NCBI GenBank assembly: GCA_048013815.1
Contig: CM106586.1
Location: 5,270,001-5,334,000 of the forward strand
DNA length: 64,000 bases
DNA from: Setoptus koraiensis
Lineage: Eukaryota; Animalia; Arthropoda
Reading direction: 5' to 3'
Below, piece after piece: positions 55,970 to 64,000 of the stretch. The position numbers were made by a program, and so were the translations under genes. The stretch's first letter is position 1; each line of letters starts with the position of its first letter. The notes under the pieces are model-generated. The model was not told the DNA's origin, ran no database searches, and was given only the letters and a program-made list of their open reading frames with translations.

Positions 55970-58900
55970 ATGAACGCCAGCGTGTCAGCTGAAGCAAAAT
56001 GGTACCGGCCCAAAGTTCTGAGGCCTCCTGATCCGGAGAAGGACCCCATTATATTTCAGCAGATGGATATTGATCATTATGATGCCCCACATAGATCAGG
56101 CATGGCAGGACCCGCCGACAGTTCTGTGCCTGTAATGAGAATGTTTGGTGTCACCAGGGACGGACATTCCATTTTGTGCCATGTCCATGGTTTCTTTCCT
56201 TATTTTTACGCCTACATCAACAAACCTATAGATCCCAGTAACTTGCCCAAGATTCAAGCCAGACTCGAGGAGAGCGTTAAATCGTGTAACAGAACCAATT
56301 TGGCCCTACCAAACATTATTCTCAATGTGGAACAAGTCTCAAAGAGAAGCATTTATGGATATTCGGGTGATAAGAAGCAACATTATCTCAAAATAACTGT
56401 TGCGGTACCACAGCTTGTAACAAGTGTTGCGAACACATTGAAAAAAATGGGAGATTCTTCTCCCTTGGGGCAAGCGGCTCCAGATCATAGAGGTTTTCAA
56501 TTTTATGAATCAAACATTGAAATGGAAATTCGTTTCATGGTAGATTGCAAAGTCTTTGGCTGCAGCTGGATTGAGTTGCCCGCGGGCAAATACAAAATGC
56601 GCTCCCCAGACGATTACCAGTCTTTGTGTCAGCTAGAATGTGATATTAACAGCACCGACTTCATAGCTCACGCTCCCGAAGGTGACTGGGCTGGGCAAGC
56701 TCCTTTAAGAACTCTCAGTTTTGATATAGAGTGCTCCAACAGGAAGGGTATCTTTCCGGAACCTCAACACGACTCAGTTATTCAAATAGCAAATATGGTT
56801 GTCAAACAAGGAACCAAAGAGCCATTTATTAGATGCATATTCACCCTAGACACTTGCGCTCCGATTGCAGGCGTGACAATAAAATCTTTCGCGTCAGAAG
56901 ATAAGATGCTGCTTGCATGGGCTGAATTTGTCAGAGCAGTCGATCCGGATATAATAACAGGATACAACATTCAAAATTTCGATTTTGGTTATCTTTTAGA
57001 CAGAGCTAAGGCGCTGCAAGTCACAACATTTCCTTACCTAGGTCGAATCAAAGGGCATGAAACAAAAGCTAGAAAGGTTGTCCTGGCTTCGCAACAACTC
57101 GGTAAACGCGAAAACTTGGATATCAATATCGAAGGAAGAGTTATATTTGACTTGATATTGGTACTACGACGCGATTATAAATTGCGTTCCTACACTCTGA
57201 ATGCCGTTTCTTATCATTTTCTTCAAGAGCAAAAAGAGGATGTTCATCATTCAATCATCACTGATCTACAGAATGGTAACGAGCAAACTAGGAGACGCCT
57301 GGCAGTTTACTGTCTAAAGGATGCTCTCTTGCCTTTGAAATTGTTGGACAAACTTATGTGTGTTGTTTTTTACATGGAAATGGCCAGAGTTACTGGTGTT
57401 CCTCTGGGCTATCTTTTAACAAGAGGTCAACAAATCAAGGTTGTATCACAGATATTACGCAAGGCTGCCGAAAAAAACTATATCCTACCAACTATGGCTG
57501 TTCAAGATGGCGACGAATTTTCAGGAGCTCTCGTTATTGAGCCCACCAGAGGATATTACGATGTGCCCATAGCCACTCTCGATTTCGCCTCTCTATATCC
57601 ATCTATAATGATGGCCCACAATTTGTGTTATTCTACTCTTGTTTCTAAATCCACAAGAGACGAACTAAAAGAGGGCGTGGATTACGTTGATACTCCCGCT
57701 AACTTCTGTTTCGTAAAATCGGAAGTTCGACGTGGTGTTTTACCAGAGATTTTAGACAATCTTTTGACGGCCCGTAAGGCAGCCAAAGATGAGCTTAAAA
57801 GAGAGAAGGACCCATTTAAGAAGGAAATCCTAGACGGACGTCAATTAGCACTTAAAATAAGTGCCAATTCCGTGTATGGATTTACTGGCGCTCAAGTTGG
57901 TAAATTGCCCTGTTTAGAAATATCACAATCTGTGACTGCATTTGGTCGTGAGATGATTGAGGCAACAAAAAATGCTGTACTAGAAAAGTATACTGTGGCC
58001 AATGGGTATGCTCATGATGCACAAGTTATTTACGGAGATACCGATTCTGTGATGGTTAAATTCGGCGTTGCGACAGTGGCTGAAGCAATGGATTTAGGCA
58101 GAGAGGCTGCGGCTTATGTGTCGTCTAAATTTGTTCGACCAATAAAGTTGGAATTCGAAAAGGTCTACTATCCGTACTTGTTAATTAATAAGAAACGGTA
58201 CGCCGGATTATACTGGACTAGGCCAGACAAGCATGACAAAATGGATTGCAAAGGTATTGAGACCGTGCGTAGGGACAATTGCACTCTTGTTGCAAATCTC
58301 ATGAATACCTGCCTAGAGAAGATTTTAATGGACCGCGATCCACATGGAGCTGTCAACCACGCCAGACAGATTATTTCCGACCTTTTGTGTAATCGCGTTG
58401 ATATATCCCATTTAGTTATAACTAAGGAGTTAAGCAAGAACGAGAGCGAATATGCTGCAAAGCAGGCACACGTTGAATTGGCTAACAGAATGCGAAAGCG
58501 TGATCCAGCCGGCGCTCCTAAACTCGGGGACCGTGTTCCATATGTAATTATATCTGCCCCTAAAGGCACTGCGGCTTATATGAAATCTGAGGATCCCTTA
58601 TATGTGTTGGACAACAATATTCCAATAGATACTCATTATTATTTGGAAAATCAATTATCCAAGCCCCTATTGCGTATATTTGAGCCAATTCTAGGCGACA
58701 AAGCCGAATCGGAATTGCTCAGGGGCGATCACACTCGCACTAAAACAGTTGTCACATCAAAAGTGGGAGCCTTGTCCATGTTTACTAAGAAGAGAAACAA
58801 ATGCATTGGTTGTAAAGCTCTTTTAGATGATGACACATTAGCCGTTTGTAAATATTGTCAAGCCAAAGAGGGTGATTTGTATTTGGATAATTTGGATCAC

Positions 58901-59086
58901 CTGAATGAATTAGAAGTGAAATTTTCTCGTTTATGGACCCAGTGTCAGCGGTGTCAAGGTAGTTTGCACGAAGAGGTCATTTGTACGTCTAGCGATTGTC
59001 CAATTTTCTATATGAGAAAAAAGGTTCAAAAGGATTTAAACGATCATCAAAAGCTTATGCAACGCTTCGGAATACCAGCATGGTAA
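55970..59086 (+). CDS. POLD1: DNA polymerase delta catalytic subunit, intronless (1038 aa from ATG 55970)
   Basis: ExoI SFDIEC, Exo[10 protein letters not shown], ExoIII YCLKDA, polymerase [24 protein letters not shown] and YGDTDS; CysA CIGC..CKYC and CysB CQRC..CTSSDC. Confidence 0.99.
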   Translation: MNASVSAEAKWYRPKVLRPPDPEKDPIIFQQMDIDHYDAPHRSGMAGPADSSVPVMRMFGVTRDGHSILCHVHGFFPYFYAYINKPIDPSNLPKIQARLEESVKSCNRTNLALPNIILNVEQVSKRSIYGYSGDKKQHYLKITVAVPQLVTSVANTLKKMGDSSPLGQAAPDHRGFQFYESNIEMEIRFMVDCKVFGCSWIELPAGKYKMRSPDDYQSLCQLECDINSTDFIAHAPEGDWAGQAPLRTLSFDIECSNRKGIFPEPQHDSVIQIANMVVKQGTKEPFIRCIFTLDTCAPIAGVTIKSFASEDKMLLAWAEFVRAVDPDIITGYNIQNFDFGYLLDRAKALQVTTFPYLGRIKGHETKARKVVLASQQLGKRENLDINIEGRVIFDLILVLRRDYKLRSYTLNAVSYHFLQEQKEDVHHSIITDLQNGNEQTRRRLAVYCLKDALLPLKLLDKLMCVVFYMEMARVTGVPLGYLLTRGQQIKVVSQILRKAAEKNYILPTMAVQDGDEFSGALVIEPTRGYYDVPIATLDFASLYPSIMMAHNLCYSTLVSKSTRDELKEGVDYVDTPANFCFVKSEVRRGVLPEILDNLLTARKAAKDELKREKDPFKKEILDGRQLALKISANSVYGFTGAQVGKLPCLEISQSVTAFGREMIEATKNAVLEKYTVANGYAHDAQVIYGDTDSVMVKFGVATVAEAMDLGREAAAYVSSKFVRPIKLEFEKVYYPYLLINKKRYAGLYWTRPDKHDKMDCKGIETVRRDNCTLVANLMNTCLEKILMDRDPHGAVNHARQIISDLLCNRVDISHLVITKELSKNESEYAAKQAHVELANRMRKRDPAGAPKLGDRVPYVIISAPKGTAAYMKSEDPLYVLDNNIPIDTHYYLENQLSKPLLRIFEPILGDKAESELLRGDHTRTKTVVTSKVGALSMFTKKRNKCIGCKALLDDDTLAVCKYCQAKEGDLYLDNLDHLNELEVKFSRLWTQCQRCQGSLHEEVICTSSDCPIFYMRKKVQKDLNDHQKLMQRFGIPAW

Positions 59087-59484
59087 TCACAATGCTAATT
59101 GCTTGTATTACATTTTCTGCTGCTTTTGTTTGTGTAGTTTAACCATTGAGCATAAATAAACATCAACCGACAACAACCACATCAACAACAAAAGGTTTAG
59201 ATGTTATCATAGTATTATTACGTAATGCGCTTCGCTCTTTGATAATTAGTTTATTTGATTACGGTTATTATAGTGAATCAAGGAATGGTAGTGGTGGTGG
59301 ACGTTTATGGCATCAATCGTTGACAGTGTTTTTGTTGTGTAGTGACATGCCTTGTTTGTAAGGTATTTGTTGTTGTAAATAGATATAATGACTAAAATTC
59401 ATTCACTTGATAGTATATGTATCCACTGCCATTGATATATTGCGTGATCACAGAATAAAATTAGAGTTTGACTTGCTGGTGTGT

Positions 59485-60735
59485 CTATAATTTAGTAACT
59501 ATTGTATCACAATCAAAGAAAACGTCGTCATCATCGTCGTCGTCATCTTGGTGGTCGTCGTGGTCGTTGCGGTGGTTGTCTTGGTGATGCCCGATGGCTG
59601 ATGAGAAGTGCCTCTCTTCACTGTAACGATCAACATCATCATTATGACACTCAATATTGGGTGTCAATTCTTCACCGTTAATTGGCTTTGGCGCATGATG
59701 GGTTGATATTGGTGTGGTTGTTGACGTTTGATTAATTTTTAATGGCGTGGAGCACGATGAGGACGAGGTTGTTGAGGCGGACGAGGATGAGGGCGATCTG
59801 TCGAAATTGTTTCGCGTTATTTCTCGCGCCACAAATTGATTGTGGAGCGCTTGCTGATACTGGAAATTGTTGATACCTTTATGAAGAAATAACGTCCTAT
59901 TGCACGATTTCAAAATAGATCTCTCTTGTGCCATCAAGAATTCATATTCGTACAATCGTCTCTCTAATTTCTCTTGTAACAATCTCAATTTATCCACACA
60001 ATGTTGCTGCTTGTGATTTCTGCTTCCATTTGTTGTTGTAATGGTGGTTGCTGTTGGATTGCTTTCGGTGGTGTTTCTATTTCTATCACAACCTTCATTA
60101 TTCATATTCTCATTGTTGCTACCAATCTTACTGTTGGTGCTGCCGTTTCGTTGTTTCGTTATTTCTCTCTTGTTGCTGCTGTTGGGTGCCCTATGTGATT
60201 GTATAATGAGCAAATCATCATTATTGCTGCTGCATTCACTACTTTTGCCACCTCTACTTCTGCTGCTGCTGCAGCTACTACTACTACTACTAGCATCACT
60301 ACGACCGCTACTGCTGTCGGCACTACTACAACTAGAGCAGCTATTTTGAGGGACTAAGTGTTTAGAGATGTTACAACTGCCATTATCGCTTGTTATGTTG
60401 GAGTTATTATGCAATCTAGTAGCGGTAGTAGCGGCAGCGGTGGCAGTGGCAATAGTAGGAGTAGTTGTAGTGCTGCTAGTAGGTATTATCTTTCGTTCAT
60501 CCATAAGCTCTAAGGCCAATTTTCTTCTTGCATTCAATTGTTTCTCACTCATGGTTGATTTTTTGCTATTGCGCTTCTTCAACGTTAAATTATTAATCTG
60601 TTGTCTAAGCAATTGATGATCCACAGACATACAAGCGCCGCGGCTTGCAACGCAATCAACACCATCTAAATGATGATAGTTTCTATCAATTTCAATCATT
60701 TTTCCGCTCATTACCAGCCTAATAATATGATACAA
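59485..60735 (-). CDS. Low-complexity protein with a possible CUPID/DUF3338-like coiled coil (FRMD4/CCDC120/INAVA/Sstn family)
   Basis: 416-codon ORF rich in S/T/N/D runs; one ordered segment VDKLRLLQEKLERRLYEYEFLMAQERSIL fits L.EKL..RL.E...L...E..(I/L). It may be only part of a spliced gene. Confidence 0.4.
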   Translation of the reverse strand: MYHIIRLVMSGKMIEIDRNYHHLDGVDCVASRGACMSVDHQLLRQQINNLTLKKRNSKKSTMSEKQLNARRKLALELMDERKIIPTSSTTTTPTIATATAAATTATRLHNNSNITSDNGSCNISKHLVPQNSCSSCSSADSSSGRSDASSSSSSCSSSRSRGGKSSECSSNNDDLLIIQSHRAPNSSNKREITKQRNGSTNSKIGSNNENMNNEGCDRNRNTTESNPTATTITTTNGSRNHKQQHCVDKLRLLQEKLERRLYEYEFLMAQERSILKSCNRTLFLHKGINNFQYQQALHNQFVAREITRNNFDRSPSSSSASTTSSSSCSTPLKINQTSTTTPISTHHAPKPINGEELTPNIECHNDDVDRYSEERHFSSAIGHHQDNHRNDHDDHQDDDDDDDDVFFDCDTIVTKL

Positions 60736-62364
60736 TATCTTGTTTTAATATACACAATAATAAAAATAATAACAATGAATATCTAGATGCGTTTGTGTAT
60801 GCTAATGTTAGATGTAAAAAGTGCCCGTGATCTCGTGTGTGCGAGATGCCGCCGAGTAGCGATATAGACAGCTCAGTGCTTGACTAACTGTTTGTTGTGT
60901 ACCTTGGCACTCTAATTATGATGTTAATGTTAGTTTTAGCCAGCGCGAGTGATTGATGGATTTAAATTCGCTAATTGATTAAAATATAAAAGACAAACAA
61001 AAATAACAGTTGTGCGCAAACAATAATATTGAAATGTCACGTAATTGTTGTGGGCGCTATTTTTGTTGTTGTTGTTGCGAGATTGGCTTGCCGTTGTTGC
61101 TGTTGTTGTCGGTTATGAGCGCACACTATTTGAATAATTAGCGCATGCATTATTTTGTTGTTGTTTGTCTCTGTTGTTGTTGTTGTTGTTGTCGTTGTGG
61201 TTGTTGTCGCTTGTTCAGATAAAGTTCATGATGTAAATAATAATAGCTGCACTTAACAACTGCTGTGTGTGTATGGCTTAAATTACTACTTGTGATACTG
61301 AAAAATGTTAATGATCATCAAGGCGATCCGATGCCGTTGTTGTTCGCGATCCGATTGATGGATGGTGTTGCTGTGGCTTTAGCAGTGCAATTGCAAATGA
61401 TGATGATGATCCAAATATCATGACCACATAGACACACAACACACACACACACGCGAACACAGACCGCAAATAGTAGAAAAGTGGATGAACTTGACTCCCA
61501 TCCAGTTTTCTAATATTTCACATTTGCAATCAGCACTCTTTAATCACTAGTTAGATAGTTAGTTGGGGCAACACTTGTTGTCGATGATCTACTTTAACTT
61601 CTTCGTTGCATGAAGCCCGACAAACAACAAACGAATACATGCGCTGTCGACTCGCACACTAACATATCTATCCGCATGTATGTAGCTAGTGCAATTATAT
61701 TGCGACAAAAACAATAGCGGCCATGTTATGTGAGCTGACTAGCAGCGCTGGCGCAAATTGCAAACTGCCAACTATTTTGTAAACTCTATAATTTCTAAAA
61801 ACAAGACAGTGCAAATTTTTCATCCATCTGATGAAAAATTGTGTGTGTGTGTGTGTTTGTGTGACGCAAGTGTTGTTTGATGCGATACGGTGGTGCGGTA
61901 GTGTCTCTGGCTGCTAGAGTCTAGCAACGACAACAGCCGAAACAACAACCGAAACAACAGCGCTCACAATATTGCAATATCGCATGCGTTGTCCTTTATC
62001 TGTGTGAGAGCTGATTGATTATCTCGTTGTGTATTTGTATATGAACTAACATTGATATTAGCTAATCATGTTTGTCTCTTTTGCTACATGTATATTTGCT
62101 ACATGTAATGTTGATTGATTTGCTTGTGTGTGCTGTATTAACTTGTTTTATTTGAAATTAATAATTTTTCATTAGCTAGTTAGCCAGTATAATTACCACT
62201 GGCTCAGCCGCTATAAATCACTTTTCATCCTTTGCCTGTCGCCTGTTGGCCGTTGCCTTTGCTGCTTGCCAGTGTCTCTCGGCTCGACACTGTTGGCTCG
62301 ACAGTCTCAAGCCAGATACTGGTTAGACACAATCTAATAGGCGGGCGGGCGGGATTGAGTGACT

Positions 62365-62412
62365 TTCTCTCACAAGTTCTCTCGCAAGTTCTCTCACAAG
62401 TTCTCTCACAAG
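62365..62412 (+). repeat. 12-bp tandem repeat, four copies
   Basis: TTCTCTCACAAG x4, with one A>G variant in copy 2. Confidence 0.85.
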
Positions 62413-63208
62413 TTGTTGTGCTGCAGGTTGTTGCAAATTTATGCACACAACGACAGTGTCAACGATCGAATGATGGTCGCTCACAACAACCACTCTCGCT
62501 AACAACAACCATCAACTAGACAACTCAACCCCATCAGCTGGTTGCACTGCACTCGAACGAGCTGTCGCTGGCGGTGTTTTGCTGGCGGTGATTCGCGCCA
62601 ATAACTCGTCGCTGTCACTATTAATTCTAACGTGATAATACCAATAATAATGCCAACAATAATATTGATAATATGCGCGAACGTGTCGCACTGCTCGAGG
62701 CCTGGCCCGATCTTGAACCGTCCACTGGCTCGTATCGGTCACTCGACGTATCTGGCTAGGTGTTTGTTGATTTTGATGATACAACTCGCTCTATCGATCG
62801 ATTATCAGTCTTGGCGATAAGTCGGCGGCAAGTCGATTGGCTCAATTGGCCATTTATTTACTTTCTCTCGCTCGCTCACTCTCACTCTTGCACTCGCTCG
62901 CTTTCTCACTTTATCGCCTGTCTTGCTGCTTGTTTGTCGACACTTTGTAAACTATGCACAGTGCCTAGTCACTTTGGCTGCCAAAGTTTGGCACGGTGTG
63001 TGCAAAAATGCAAATGGCGCAAACGTTTCTTGCTGGTGGCAACTTGTCGCAATCGAATTAGCGCTCGTCGTTAGCGCAAGTGGCCGCAGATTATCAATTG
63101 AAATTTGCAATGTTTGTTTGTTATCGCTGGCTCGCAGCGCTCGCAACTTGTCGCTCCAACCGGCACTGTGAAACCGGCAATTCGGCAATTTTTTAGCAGG
63201 GACTGGCT

Positions 63209-63278
63209 GCGAAATGCGAAATGTGAAACGCGAACTGCGAAACGCGAAAAAGAAATGCGAAACGCGAATGCGAAATGC
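63209..63278 (+). repeat. Degenerate heptamer tandem repeat GCGAAA(T/C), about 10 copies
   Basis: gcgaaat gcgaaat gtgaaac gcgaact gcgaaac gcgaaaa agaaat gcgaaac gcgaat gcgaaat. Confidence 0.7.
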
Positions 63279-64000
63279 ACCAACAGCTGTGTTCGCCCGC
63301 CCACCGTCGAGCGATAATGCGCTCACAATGTTGCGAATGTGAACAAATCGCTGCTGTGCCTGCTGCGATGCCCCTACGACGGGCGCACAATGGCTGCCAT
63401 CTATGAGTGGCGCATTGTAGGCGAATTGTTGCCAAAAAGTCGACTACAATTGTGTCTGTGTGCTAAAAGGGCAAAATTATGCCTTTGATGCGCACTTTTT
63501 CAGGCTGCCAAATAACTGCAAATGGCTGTGTGCGTGAAAAACTTGTTCCCAATTTAGCGCATATTTGCCATTTCATTTTCATTCATTTTCAGACCGTTTG
63601 ATTGGCACTTTGCGCAATTTTGTGCAATTCACGCGCGTTCGCCAGCACCAACGCAGCCAACCTGCATCGCTCCGCATACCATGCAGTTTGCAAGCAGTTT
63701 GTAGGCAGTTGGCATGCGGTTCGCAGGAACCATTTGCAAACTCGTCCCTTGTGCCCCCTTATCCGCGCTCGCCGATCCATCTCAGTGATATCTGTCTCAG
63801 CGATACCTGGCTGTGTCATATAAGGCTGTGCGATATGCCGCTGACTCGTGAGTGATATCTGTCTGGCTGGCTGATACAGCCGATACAGGCGCAATCCAAT
63901 TTGGCTCCCATGCTAAATTAGCCAAACGGCTCATTTTACAAATGTGGGCAACAACACAAACAAACAAACGCACAAATAAACAAGTGTCAGTTGAGGCAAC

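Noticed and set aside
34631-58569. Antisense and alternative-frame ORFs overlapping the large genes (for example 36290-36772, 46627-47133, 47360-47565, 58168-58569)
   Set aside because: Shadow ORFs of real coding sequence or read-through into introns.
1-64000. CRISPR arrays, tRNA, rRNA, snRNA, transposase or retroelement ORFs, horizontally acquired bacterial genes
   Set aside because: No repeat-spacer periodicity, no cloverleaf or T-loop motifs, no rRNA or U-snRNA signatures, no DDE or RT motifs, and every recognised gene is a typical animal gene.

Overview
Eukaryotic, AT-rich, compact genomic DNA. Gene content, short GT-AG introns (about 80-200 nt) and many intronless housekeeping genes suggest an arthropod, most likely a small-genome acariform mite; this is inference, not established. 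Gene models supported by protein motifs and splice signals: 3' end of a PUL/armadillo-like gene, GINS1, a PUB-less UBXN6, a two-exon NDUFA1 missed by the ORF track, a secreted Cys-rich protein, a cathepsin L-like protease, sideroflexin, a degenerate ABCA transporter, Tousled-like kinase, cyclin C, a 1224-aa surface protein (PGLYRP2-N-like plus vWA-like), an NRF-6/acyltransferase-3 protein, a double CAP-Gly protein, SEC23IP/DDHD, UFSP2 and POLD1, plus several orphan ORFs. Non-coding elements: a hAT-type MITE (16-bp TIR, 8-bp TSD) nested inside a Tc1/mariner-type MITE, a second TA-flanked MITE, a perfect 22-bp hairpin, recurring promoter-like motifs and two microsatellite-rich gene-poor blocks. 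I found no rRNA, tRNA or CRISPR, and no convincing wholly new multi-gene system. The best leads are the ABCA with both ATPase sites degenerate and no ectodomains, the nested MITEs, and several domain-stripped versions of conserved proteins. All family assignments come from recalled motifs, not database searches.
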